DNA of 48,405 bases from Octopus sinensis (Eukaryota). The stretch lies in the NCBI RefSeq assembly GCF_006345805.1, contig NW_021834359.1:1-48405 (forward strand), given 5' to 3'. Shown piece by piece: positions 25,816 to 37,900 of the stretch. Within the stretch, counting starts at the first letter, position 1; every line of letters begins with the position of its first letter. The translations under genes were made by a program, and so were the position numbers. The notes under the pieces are model-generated. The model saw nothing but the letters and a program-made list of their open reading frames with translations, ran no database searches and was not told the origin of the DNA.

Positions 25816-26132
25816 GAAAAAAATATAGATTTAACTACGCCGTTCTATAGATATTCCTTGAAAAGCATTGGAATAGTAGAAACGTTTTCTTACTATTTTG
25901 TTTTTAACTTTTAAATCCAGGTTTGATTTAATGGGAATGGTTAACATCGAGGTATCTACAATATATTAATAAAACTCCATATCCGTCCAATCGGTGTTGT
26001 TCATGACAAAATAATTGCGTTTAATTATTGTATGATAAATTAGAGTAAGTTTAATTGATCGCAATAGAAACATAGAATAACAAGTTAATTATTTTCTGTG
26101 TTTGTGTGCGTGTGTATGTCTGTGTTTGTGTT

Positions 26133-26180
<48 letters not shown>

Positions 26181-26434
26181 TTTTCTTTGTCTGTGCCTCT
26201 GCGCGCTTGTGTTTGTGTGTGTATGTGAGTATGTGTCTGTGTGTGTGTGTGTAGATAGGTGAGTGACTGTGTGTATCTGTGTATCTGTGTGTATGTGTGT
26301 TTGTTATTTGATTATCATATCCTTAAAATCCTTAAAAATGTTTTAGCCCGAAGGCCGCGGCCATGCTGGGGCACCACCGCTGGTTGTATAATTTTTTTGT
26401 TTTTCGTTTTCCTTGTTTCATGCTTGCTGCGGTC

Positions 26435-27100
26435 CACATTTTACTATAACAGACGTTATGTCCATCTGTCTGTCCGTGTGTCCGGCTGTCTGTCTGTCTG
26501 CCCTCCCCCATTCACGGTCAAACAGCTGGAAAAATGGTCACGATGTTTTTCGGGATTACGATGGAGGTAATCAGGAAGGTTTTTTATCGAAAAAATGTGT
26601 AAAAGTATGATTATTTAGTGGATATTGAGTTTTGTATAAATAAATCACGTTTGATTTTTTTTTTTTAATTCCAGTGACGAGGATTAACTCTGGATTCTCC
26701 GCCCCGTATAGATCTTAAATTTAGAGGGCTTACATTTGCGATACTATCCTTTTATTTCCCATCGTATGTGGGCAGATTTGCTATTTTACTATAATGGGCA
26801 ATATGTCCATCTGTCCCTCTGTCTGTCCACCTGTCCGTCTCTTTGCCTGATCCCACTTTACGACCAGAAGGCTGGATCAATGTTTACGATATTTTTCGGT
26901 ATTACAAAAACGATCGTCAGGAAGGTTTTTAGCATAAAAAAATCAGAAAGTGTGATTATTTCATGGATATCGATTTTTAAATTAATAAAACACCTTCGCA
27001 TTTTTATTGATAATTCACCGACCACGATGAATTCTCAATTTTCACCGCACAGTTCGTTGCCGGAGGCCACGCGGACGGTTAATAGAGAAAATAAAATGGA
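26435..27100. repeat. Two diverged ~345-bp tandem units, possibly Helentron/HINE-like ends
   Basis: ttttactataa...atgtccatctgtc...gatgtttttcgggattacg...tcaggaaggttttt at 26439 and again at 26784. The family assignment is only a recalled resemblance. Confidence 0.55.
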
Positions 27101-27456
27101 AAAAGTGTATGTCAGTATATAGTGGTTGTGAGTATTTAGTGGTTGTTGAAGTGCGTCAGTCTCGAGCAGGATTCGAAACGGCTAACCAAAGCGGCTGTTG
27201 TTTAAATCTCAATTTTGTCAATCATTAGCAGCATTTCTTTGGATTCGTTACCTTCTGAATTCAAATACCGCCGTAGTCGGCTTTGTCTTTCATTCTGTCG
27301 GGGTCAAAAAAGCAAGTACCAGTTGAGCACTAGGATCGATGTAATCAACTTCACCCTCCCCTTAAATTTGCTGACCTTGTGTCAGACAGAGAAAGAACAT
27401 ATATTACACTTGCCTCCTTCGAAACCATGTACGAATATTTATTTCCCCCCCTGTAA

Positions 27457-27488
<32 letters not shown>

Positions 27489-27763
27489 TTAATAAGGGTG
27501 AGAGAATTAGATACTAATTTAAAGTATATCTATTCAACACCAAGTGGCCTAGTGCTCCGAGAAACCTGGATTATTATAATATTTTATAATATATTACAAT
27601 ATTTTTACAAAATAAATATAAGAGAATGGTCACTATATGGCTCACTCTAGCACCAGTTAATCCAAAAGGTTTCAACCACAAAAATACATGTTTCCCATGA
27701 AAGTCAGTACGATTGTTAGCTCACACGGACAGGGCAAATAAAAAATAACAAAAATACAGATTA

Positions 27764-27845
27764 TTTTGGGACAATTGTTTCGCTATTAATGAATAAAATG
27801 TAATTTTACTTACAAAAAAATCCACTTGTAGCTCGTCAGCCAAAA
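27764..27845 (-). ncRNA. Type I hammerhead ribozyme, copy 1
   Basis: Minus strand reads UUUUGG-CUGACGA-GCUA..loop..UAGC-GAAA-CAAUUG-UC/CCAAAA, with an intact core, stems I-III and a GUC cleavage triplet. Confidence 0.85.
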
Positions 27846-28298
27846 CTATCTGGATGAAATCCACTCAATCACACGCCAGATTTTACCATAACGATAAATA
27901 CGCGTGTGGTTCAATTGATTACATCCGACGTTATAATTCAAATGCCCCAACTAACAACGCGCGCCAAACTTTCACGGAAAACAATACAGCTTTAGAAATA
28001 AATGCAGCATAATTATAATTAATTAATAAGGGTGAGAGAATTAGATACTAATTTAATAGTATATCTATTCAACACCAAGTGGCCTAGTGCTCCGAGAAAC
28101 CTAGATTATTATATATTTTTTATATATATTACAATATTTTTACAAAATAAATATAAGAGAGTGGTCACTATATGGCTCACTCTAGCACCAGTTAATCCAA
28201 AAGGTTTCAACCACAAAAATACATGTTTCCCATGAAAGTCAGTACGATTGTTAGCTCACACGGACAGGGCAAATAAAAAATAACAAAAATACAGATTA

Positions 28299-28380
28299 TT
28301 TTGGGACAATTGTTTCGCTATTAATGAATTAAATGTAATTTTACTTACAAAAAAATCCACTTGTAGCTCGTCAGCCAAAA
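28299..28380 (-). ncRNA. Type I hammerhead ribozyme, copy 2
   Basis: Same core and stems as copy 1 (plus strand ttttgggacaattgtttcgcta...tagctcgtcagccaaaa). Confidence 0.85.
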
Positions 28381-28830
28381 CTATCTGGATGAAATCCACT
28401 CAATCACAAGCCAGATTTTACCATAACGATAAATATGCGTGTGGTTCAATTGATTACATCCGACGTTATAATTCAAATGCCCCAACTAACAGCGCGCCAA
28501 ACTTTCACGGAAAACAAATACAGCATTTAGAAATAAATGCAGCATAATTATAATTAATTAATAAGGGTGAGAGAATTAGATACTAATTTAATAGTATATC
28601 TATTCACACCAAGTGGCCTAGTGCTCCGAGAAACCTGGATTATTATAATATTTTATAATATATTACAATATTTTTACAAAATAAATATAAGAGAGTGGTC
28701 ACTATGGCTCACTCTAGCACCAGTTAATCCAAAAGGTTTCAACCACAAAAATACATGTTTCCCATGAAAGTCAGTACGATTGTTAGCTCACACGGACAGG
28801 GCAAATAAAAAATAACAAAAATACAGATTA

Positions 28831-28911
28831 TTTTGGGACAATTGTTTCGCTATTAATGAATAAATGTAATTTTACTTACAAAAAAATCCACTTGTAGCTC
28901 GTCAGCCAAAA
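28831..28911 (-). ncRNA. Type I hammerhead ribozyme, copy 3
   Basis: Same core and stems as copy 1. Confidence 0.85.
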
Positions 28912-29034
28912 CTATCTGGATGAAATCCACTCAATCACACGCCAGATTTTACCATAACGATAAATACGCGTGTGGTTCAATGATTACATCCGACGTTATA
29001 ATTCAAATGCCCCAACTAACAGCGCGCCAAACTT

Positions 29035-29965
29035 AGATATAGATATACTATTAAATTAGTATCTAATTCTCTCACCCTTATTAATTAATTATAATTATTA
29101 ATTAATTATAATTATGCTGCATTTATTTCTAAATGCTGTATTTGTTTTCCGTGAAAGTTTGGCGCGCTGTTAGTTGGGGCATTTGAATTATAACGTCGGA
29201 TGTAATCAATTGAACCACACGCGTTTGTAAGTAAAATTACATTTAATTCATTAATAGCGAAACAATTGTCCCAAAATAATCTGTATTTTTGTTATTTTTT
29301 ATTTGCCCTGTCCGTGTGAGCTAACAATCGTACTGACTTTCATGGGAAACATGTATTTTTTGTGGTTGAAACCTTTTGGATTAACTGGTGCTAGAGTGAG
29401 CCATATAGTGACCACTCTCTTATATTTATTTTGTAAAAATATTGTAATATATTATAAAATATTATAATAATCCAGGTTTCTCGGAGCACTAGGCCACTTG
29501 GTGTTGAATAGATATACTATTAAATTAGTATCTAATTCTCTCACCCTTTAATTAATTATAATTATGCTGCATTTATTTCTAAATGCTGTATTTGTTTTCC
29601 GTGAAAGTTTGGCGCGCTGTTAGTTGGGGCATTTGAATTATAACGTCGGATGTAATCAATTGAACCACACGCGTATTTATCGTTATGGTAAATCTGGCGT
29701 GTGATTGAGTGGATTTCATCCAGATAGTTTTGGCTGACGAGCTACAAGTGGATTTTTTTGTAAGTAAAATTACATTTAATTCATTAATAGCGAAACAATT
29801 GTCCCAAAATAATCTGTATTTTTGTTATTTTTTATTTGCCCTGTCCGTGTGAGCTAACAATCGTACTGACTTTCATGGGAAACATGTATTTTTGTGGTTG
29901 AAACCTTTTGGATTAACTGGTGCTAGAGTGAGCCATATAGTGACCACTCTCTTATATTTATTTTA
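29035..29965 (+). repeat. Inverted copies of the same ~535-bp unit (right arm of the quasi-palindrome)
   Basis: Reverse complement of the unit (gtatctaattctctcaccctt at ~29058 and ~29529). The first inverted copy has an ~82-bp deletion at 29224/29225. The arm ends in a TA-rich tract. Confidence 0.95.
29728..29809 (+). ncRNA. Type I hammerhead ribozyme, inverted copy
   Basis: ttttgg 29728-33, CTGACGA 29734-40, gcta 29741-44 / tagc 29788-91, GAAA 29792-95, palindromic ACAATTGT 29795-802, cleavage after C29803, ccaaaa 29804-09. Confidence 0.87.
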
Positions 29966-30087
29966 TATTATATATATAATATATATATATACATACATAC
30001 ATACATACATACATACACACACACACATACATATTTATATATATATATATATATATAACATATATATGTGTGTGTGTGTGTGTGTGT

Positions 30088-30205
30088 GGAGGCGCAATGG
30101 TTAGGGCAGCGGACTCACGGTCGTAGGATCGCGGTTTCGATTCCCAGACCGGGCGTTGTGAGTGTTTATTGAGCGAAAACACCTAAAAGCTCCACGACGC
30201 TCCGA
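30088..30205 (+). mobile_element. SINE family C, truncated tRNA-like head
   Basis: ggaggcgcaatggttagggcagcggactc...ggtttcgattcccagacc matches the copy at 30958. Confidence 0.85.
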
Positions 30206-30244
30206 GGTTCCTTCTCGAGCCAGGCTTAAGTGTTTCACTCATAA

Positions 30245-30298
<54 letters not shown>

Positions 30299-30339
30299 AC
30301 ATATGTTTGTATGCATACTTTGCGTGTTTGTGAGTTCTC

Positions 30340-30520
30340 ATTCTGTCATGTCAAAGACAGAGTGGTTAATTAATATATCCCTAACTCTGATAGCCTGCTT
30401 TTAATTACTGTGTTCCCTGCATCATGCGGTCTTGGTAGATCCTATTGAGGATTTGCTCTTATACCTCAACCAAGAAACATTTTGTCTCCATCTTGAGCCC
30501 TGTATTTCTAAGCCAGTGTT
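30340..30520 (-). mobile_element. Possible R4-like retrotransposon remnant (region preceding the zinc knuckle)
   Basis: The minus strand gives RNTGLKMETKCFLVEV*EQILNRIYQDRMM, weakly resembling GLK.ETE.F..A.QDQ.L.T..YQ..IM. It is heavily degraded. Confidence 0.35.
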
Positions 30521-30957
30521 TAGATATTTTTATTTTTCCATTTATATTTCAACATTGTCTCGCTTCCCTAATAATAGGCATGGAGGAGCTTTTTTTCTTA
30601 CTGATTCGCCATTGCAGTCTAAAATCAAAATTCTGCTGTTCTTTATTCCCTTCACTACCAATAAGATAATCATCATCATCACCGTCAACATCATCATGAT
30701 CGTAACAGCATCAGCAACACCACCAGTACCAGCACCAGCAGCCGCTCACGAATTTGGACCTGGAGATCTCCATTTCCAGCGACTTCCAGGGAAACCTTCC
30801 AGTGGTGTCGGGCGTCAACGAAGAGCCCTCGACTACAACAAGACGACCAAAGAATTTTTGTTTCCAAAGTCTGGGGTCTCCCGCTCCTAAGCTTAGACCA
30901 TCACCTAATCACGCTAACCCGTCTTGTTGCTTGACAACAACAACAGCAGCAGCAATA

Positions 30958-31325
30958 GTGGAGGCGCAATGGCCCAGTGGTTAGGGCAGCGGACTCGCGG
31001 TCGGAGGATCGCGGTTTCGATTTCCAGACCGGTCGTTCTGTGTGTTTATTGAGCAAAAACACCTAAAGCTCCACGATGCTCCTGCAGGGGGTGGTGGTGA
31101 CCCCTGTTGTACTCTTTCGCCTCAACTTTTTCTCACTCTTTCTTCCTGTTTCTTGTCCCCGACTTCCTACGCAACCGCTGAGCCTAGATGCGCATTCATT
31201 CATACGTCGATGCTCTCGGTGTCGGGGGTTGACCTGCTTTTTCTTCTGCGGCTCTTACGAATAGAAAAAGAACCACGTTTCGGACTCCTCCCATCTTGCG
31301 AGCTCTGGGACGAAGACCGTTCGCT
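30958..31325 (+). mobile_element. SINE family C (tRNA-derived), tail variant 1, full-length
   Basis: A-box-like tggcccagtggttagg, B-box-like ggtttcgatttcc, then the body ccacgatgctcc...ctgttgtactctttcgcctcaacttt and a 3' part running into a (CAG/AAC)n tail. Confidence 0.85.
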
Positions 31326-31480
31326 CAACAGCAACAGTAGCAGCAGCAGCAGTAGCAGCACCAGTACCAGCACCAGCAGTAAAGATGGTAGCAGTGGTGA
31401 TGATACTGCAACTGTTGGCTCTGCTGCTGCTACTACTACTACTACTACTATTACTACTACTACTACTACTACTACTACAC

Positions 31481-31516
<36 letters not shown>

Positions 31517-31529
31517 CACCACCACCACC

Positions 31530-31576
<47 letters not shown>

Positions 31577-31600
31577 AACTACTACTACTACTGTTATCGT
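31325..31600. repeat. (CAG/TAC/CAC)n microsatellite
   Basis: Directly visible. Confidence 0.95.
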
Positions 31601-32250
31601 GATAGCTGCTGCTGCCGCTACTGTTACTAACTGCGATTATAACGTTTCAATCTTAATATTCAGTTTATAAAAGCATTTTAAGAGCTTGTCATTTATACGT
31701 TCACAGGAAAACGAAATACCAATCAGCGAAAACACTAAAACATCACAATAAAAAAAAACCTAACCGTTTCCTCCATCACCTCCTAATACACACATACATA
31801 CATACATACATACATGCAAAAATAAATACATACGTACATACATACATATATGTATATATATATACATACACACCATAAACGAAATGGATACAAGATCATG
31901 GATAACTTTTAGCTCCTTTTTCAGAGAACCGCTTAAATATGTTCGTTGCATTAACGAGAGGAGATTTGTCTCAATTAAATTGCTTAATTCTTTCTGTCGC
32001 GAAGTTTTCTCATTAATTCTCAAATTTTTACACACAGTCAAATTATAAACGCAAGTAGTGTATAGATGTTTAAAAATCGTTATTTTCAATTTGTCTTTCT
32101 AGAAGCTGCTGTATTTGTAAAACTGTGTGCTGCGCTAGAAAGTAGTAATAGATGAATGAGATGGGAAGTGAAGAAATTTTTGCTGAGTTTTTGGCGAAGT
32201 GTTTTGTGTTTACGTAGTGAGATGGAGCTGGTTCGAACCCGGCTGTTGTC

Positions 32251-32296
<46 letters not shown>

Positions 32297-32714
32297 CAAG
32301 GTAGAACAGTATATTTTAATGGGGAAAACTAAGAACCTTTAAACACCCACACCCACAAAATAATCCAAGAATTTAACATCACCATCCACCCGACCCAAAT
32401 CCCTACTTTTTCACGGACAGGTCACACCAACTCAACAACAACCAATATTTTCTAGCCCCAGAACAGGAAAACTTATATCAATTATGTTGAAAGAACGAAA
32501 CCTTATTTTGTACAAAATTGTATGATATCTTTATTATCATGGCTCTAATATACACTTAAATCCTGTGTTTTTTTCATATTGTCACTTTCTCTCTCTCTCT
32601 TTCTCACCCCCTTCCTTATGTATATATACGAGCAAAACGCTCCCCGTCCAATGGACGGTGCTGAGTTGTCAAACATTTGAACCAAATTTTCTCAAAACAA
32701 CTTGTCCGACCGTC

Positions 32715-32742
32715 CCATAGGCCTCCCCTTTGAGAAACACTG
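32715..32742 (-). mobile_element. Solo hAT-like terminal inverted repeat
   Basis: The reverse complement is cagtgtttctcaaaggggaggcc, typical of hAT (Charlie-like) ends. No partner TIR was found. Confidence 0.4.
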
Positions 32743-33199
32743 ATTTAACCTAAATTTGAGAAAACTGGTCAATTGTAGTTTAATTCTCTACGTTTAGAAA
32801 ATGCAAATATTGCACGATTAAGAAGCAAGCAAATAGTCTTTTGTTTCTAAAATTGAAGTATTTTGACTACATTCACCTTGAAATAAAGCTCAAACAATAT
32901 TGGTTGAATATAATAATGGTTTACTTTCACTAAAAAACACACTATTTTTGTCTAAAGCTGTAAGGCAACAAAAATCATTTATTAGCAAGAAAATAGTATT
33001 TTCTTCCTTGAATAAAAAGCAATCAATGTTTTCTTTTCATTAAAATATAATTAAGCATGCTTGTATTTCAATAAAATTTTTGGTTTCGTTAAACGAAGTT
33101 ATGGCAAAAAAAAACTTCCTGAGAAACCAAATAGTCTTTACTTCTTTCATGCCAAGTTTGAAGAAAATATCTCTTTTGCATCTTTGTGGCATTATTTTA

Positions 33200-33445
33200 C
33201 GCCAGCCTGATTTTTTTGCGAAAACTGCACGTGCATTTTTCTCGCGTACGCGTAGTATCGATCGCAACAGCTGATTTACGTGCATACAAATGCACATTCC
33301 CACAGATTTATCGATTGCATTCTCAAGACTTATACACGCCCTGATACCGTCGGTATCTATATATTAAATCTGAGCGCAATCGGATTAAAGGATGCCCGAG
33401 ATCCTAGAAGACACACAGACAGAACGGATCTTATATAATATAAGA
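33200..33445 (+). mobile_element. Helentron/HINE-like non-autonomous element 3' end
   Basis: tgagcgcaatcgga...cgagatcctagaagacacacagacagaacggatcttatataatataagat runs into (TA)n. The assignment is a recalled resemblance only. Confidence 0.4.
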
Positions 33446-33486
33446 TATATATATATATATATTATATATATATATATATATACAAT

Positions 33487-33566
<80 letters not shown>

Positions 33567-33570
33567 TATA

Positions 33571-33720
33571 CGAGGGTGTGTGTCAAAAAGTAATGCCATT
33601 TTGTTTAGGACAGGTGTAATTACCAAGACAGGAGCATGTTTTTCTGTTTACGACATGAAAATATACGTTGTAGAACTGTTATTTTAACGATTTGTAACTA
33701 TTTATCACCGCATGAGAAAC
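33571..33720 (+). mobile_element. Mariner-like end fragment
   Basis: ta|cgagggtgtgtgtcaaaaagtaatgcc follows (TA)n and resembles mariner TIRs. No partner TIR was found. Confidence 0.45.
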
Positions 33721-34051
33721 ATATGCACCACCGGATGCTCCTGAGCTAGTTGCTAAGTGCCCCAATCGTGAAGGATTGTTGCTAGATGTATCGAAACAAT
33801 CATCGTGATTAATAATAATTCTCGTATATTTCATCTTGTCTTTCATTTACCATTTACATAACGAATACTATGAAAGTGACCGTGTTTTACCAGTAGGTTA
33901 CCAGGTGTAAACTATTCGTTTTATTATCAACATATGCGTATGTATGTGTGCATGTGTGTCTGTGTATGTATTTACGCACAAGTAAGCAAATAAAAGTGTG
34001 TGTATATATATATACACACAAGTATATATATATATGATATTTATATATATA

Positions 34052-34107
<56 letters not shown>

Positions 34108-34284
34108 ATACACACACACACAAGTAAGCACAAAAAGTAATATATATGCATACACGCACAAGCAAATAAAAGTGCGATTATAGATCGATTTGTGCTGATG
34201 TCGATTCAGTAGATTAAAACGCTTCAAGGTGGTATCCCCCAGAATGGCCGCAAGCAAATAACAGAAATAAGTAAAAGTTGAACG

Positions 34285-34370
<86 letters not shown>

Positions 34371-34395
34371 GTAGATAGATAGATAGATAGATAGG

Positions 34396-34471
<76 letters not shown>

Positions 34472-34474
34472 TAA

Positions 34475-34512
<38 letters not shown>
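34285..34512. repeat. (GATA)n microsatellite abutting the LINE 3' end
   Basis: Directly visible. Confidence 0.95.
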
Positions 34513-34513
<1 letters not shown>

Positions 34514-34906
34514 TGTTTCTTTATTAGCCACACAGGGCTGCATACAGATAGAACAAATTACAAGGTAGAGCTTTTCTTTTGAAGGTTTAAAAAAAAAGAA
34601 AAAAAAAGAAATAAAAAGGAAGGGGGAATTTCGATCAAAAGGGATTGTAAAAGGAGAGAAAGAGGACAAAAAAGGGGGGTTAAAAAAAGGGGGAGAGGGA
34701 AAAAAAAAAAATTTGATCAGTAGGGATCGTTATCACAGAAATGTCAATATGAAGTGTAAAGGGGAGGACAGGTGAGGTTTACCCGTGGAAAGAAAAGCCT
34801 ACGGAAAAGACCACGGTAACCTCGGTCAATGGAGTCACATGTTATATTTCTTTTTTTTTTTTTTTTTTTTTGCGAATAAGCAACTCTCTGTTTTCAATTT
34901 CTGGGT

Positions 34907-37900
34907 TCATAGGATCATGCTCAAGGTGGCTTCGTCATTCATACGTGCCATTCTTGCTACATTCACCCATCTTTTTTTAAAACATTCACTAGACAAAACT
35001 TGCCTCTCTACTCTCACTTTTTTCTTCAAGTGATACTTGAAGAAGTTGATGAGAGATTGACCAGAGAGGAAAGTGTTTGTCTCTAATCCTTTCAGACGCG
35101 TCCACCAGATACATTCTTTCGCCATAGCCACAAGGATGATGAAAATAGCTCTTCCTTCCCGTTTGAAGGAAGGAGGCGTGACAATATTGACGATAGACTC
35201 AGCTGATAAACCGACTCGTCCCACACGTGACAGCAGTTGTTCGACATAAGCCCACAGGTCGGAAATTGTTGGACACTGCACGAGTGCGTGCAGAACGGTT
35301 TCGTCGCTCTGACCGCATCTCGGGCAGGTCGGCCCCGTGTTTCTCGAGCCGTGTCTGTAGAGCTTATCCCGAACGGGTAGCGCTTCTCGGTAGCACTGCC
35401 AGGCCAGGGATCTCTGGAAGTTGTCCATGGGCCCTGGCCCGAAAGTCGTCCTGAACAGGCGGGTCAGGTACTCCTCGTCGACGTCCAGGTTCGCCCCGAG
35501 CTCGTCGTCGTACCTCCCCTCCACTAAACCCCTATAGAATGCTTTGGTTGTGTTGAAGTCACTCAAGGTCGACCCAGGACGGCAGAGTTGCTTGAGAGCA
35601 AATGGATCGCCTGACCATCGGGACGCATCCTTTCCACAAGAAGCGAAAGAGAATGCGTTGTAGTTTGGTGATGGTAGGGTCGGGACAAGGTACGACGGTC
35701 AGGCGGTAGTAGATGACGGACGCGATGTACGTGTTCGCCACCTCCGCCCGACCTTTTAGGGACAGTTTCCTCTCGGCCCATTGCCGGGCGAGAGTGACCA
35801 CCCTACTCGTTATCTCGTTCCAGTTCTTCTCCACTTGGAGGTCCGGACCAAACAATACCCCGAGCAACTCAACCGGGCCGTCGGTCCAGCGTCCCACGAC
35901 GGAGGCGCTGGTGGACGGCATGGGCTTGCTTCTCCAGGTGCCTAGTCGCAAGCCCACTGACTTTTCCCGGTTGATTTTCGCTCCTGTCACCGCTTCGTAG
36001 TTTTTCAGTGTCTCGCCGACCTGCTCGATGTGCTCGTGGCTAGACACTATGACGGTGACGTCGTCCGCGTATGCAGACACGCTCGTCCCGCATCCCAGTT
36101 CTCGCGAGATGCCTCTCAAGGTTGCCAGCTTCCGCAATAATGGCTCGAGAGTCAATACGTATAGAAGCGACGAGAGGGGGCAACCCTGACGGACCGAACG
36201 TGCGATGTCGAAGGGACTCGATAGATGTCCATTCACGCGAATTACCGAACGGATGCCTCTGTACAAAGCGGCTATCCAGCCGCAGAAGACGGGACCGAAG
36301 CCAGCCGCTCCGAGGACCGCCTCTAAGTATCAATGGTCCACCCTATCGAAAGCTTTCGATTGATCCAAATTGATCAGCGCCCCACCTATGCCAGGTTCGT
36401 TAACTACCCTGTCTATGATGTAGCGCATCAGGTGGAGGTTGTCATGGATGGTCCGGCCTGGCACGGCGCATGTTTGCGCCTTGTCGACCAGTTTCTCGAT
36501 GACAAGCGCCAACCTCTTGGCTAGCACCTTGGCCAAAATTTTCAAGTCTGCATTAAGCAGAGTGATGGGCCTAAAGTTATCTATTACATTTCCCTTGTTT
36601 AGATCTTTCTTCAGCAGTGTTACGGCTCCTCGGCTCACAAAACCAGGAATGCTCCCGTTTTGCTGCCAGTTGCAGTACACCGCCGCCAAGAGATCTCCAA
36701 ACAAGTCTGGCATACAATTGTAAAGCTCGTCGGGTAGACCATCCAAACCCGGTGATTTGTCCCTCGAGCATTCTGCCATCGCTTCCTGCACTTCCGCCGC
36801 CGTGATGGCACCTTCGCAGCACCCTGTCTTTCTTGTCGAGAGTCGTGGTAGGCTATGTAGGTAGGCACTGAAGTCCACCCAACGTTCTTGCCCTCCACTC
36901 GTCCCGAACAGTCGGGCAAAATTCTGCTGAAAGGCCTCACACATTTTACTTGGCTCGAGCAATTCGCGCCCCTGTTCATCTACCAGGGACCGAATGGTGG
37001 CTTTGTTGCCCTGTTGCGCCTCTGCCACCCGGGCCTCTCTCGCGGCTCCAACACCTTCGTTCCTTAGAGCACGCATCCTAGCTCTGACAGCACATCCTTC
37101 GTGTTTGGCGTTGAAGTGTTGGTCGAGGGCCAACCTCGCCGCCAAAACGTCGGATGCGATGCCGCTTCTAATTGCCTCTTCTAGCTTCTTAACTAGCTCA
37201 CCCTCTACTCTATTTCTATCTATGGCTAGTGCTTTGCTGTACCTAATCGCTTCTGCTTTTACTGCTCTCTTGAGGGCAAACCACCATTTGTTGTTGATGA
37301 TGGCTCCCGTCAAAGCCCTCTTTACTAGTGTGCTAATCCGGTCTCTGAAAACCTGTCTCGATGGGAAAGACGCGTTTAGTTTCCAGTATCCGGGACCCTG
37401 CCTAAGTGTCTTACCTAAGTCTAGCGTACATGTCACAAGTTTGTGATCCGTGTAGCTGACTATGTGGAATTGTGGACATCCTATGCTATCTCTGTCTACT
37501 GTCCTACACAGTATCCTATCTAGATACGATCTCGACGACCCGATGCGGTTGCTCCATGTCCACGTTGGCGCATTCGGGTGGTCTAGTCGGAACCTGTCAG
37601 ACAGTTGAAAGCGTCTGAGCAGGTCTCTGAGGCATTTGCATCCCCGTCTATTCCTATCTCTACCCACGTAGTCTACATGCGTGTCCAAGGTAGCATTCCA
37701 ATCCCCCACTAAGAGTAAAGGACGAGACGTTCCCAAGAATACTTCTAGACGTTGAAAGAAATCCGCCGACCTGTTAAGGGCGGTGCGTAGACTGATACGA
37801 GTCGAAAAGCGCACCCATTGCTGCCGTCGACATCCAGGACGACCAGTCTACCCTCCGGGTCTACGAATATTGTCCTTACTTTGAGATCCAGACTCTTGTG

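Larger units (their letters stand above)
27482..29034 (-). repeat. Tandem array of a ~535-bp hammerhead-containing unit, copies 1-3 (retrozyme-like / PLE pseudo-LTR)
   Basis: aataagggtgagagaattagatac recurs at 27491, 28025 and 28560. Units are near-identical by eye, and copy 3 is truncated at 29034. A (TA)n tract is on the left. Confidence 0.95.

Noticed and set aside
27507-28767. Short ORFs in the 535-bp units (MRELDTNLIVYL...)
   Set aside because: They start at GTG, differ in frame between near-identical copies, show no recognisable domain, and lie antisense to the ribozyme.
30958-31030. tRNA-like sequences (also at 20253, 24480, 30088, 44340 and 44635-44700)
   Set aside because: They have A/B-box-like motifs but continue into SINE bodies and lack a complete cloverleaf. 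They are SINE heads, not tRNA genes.
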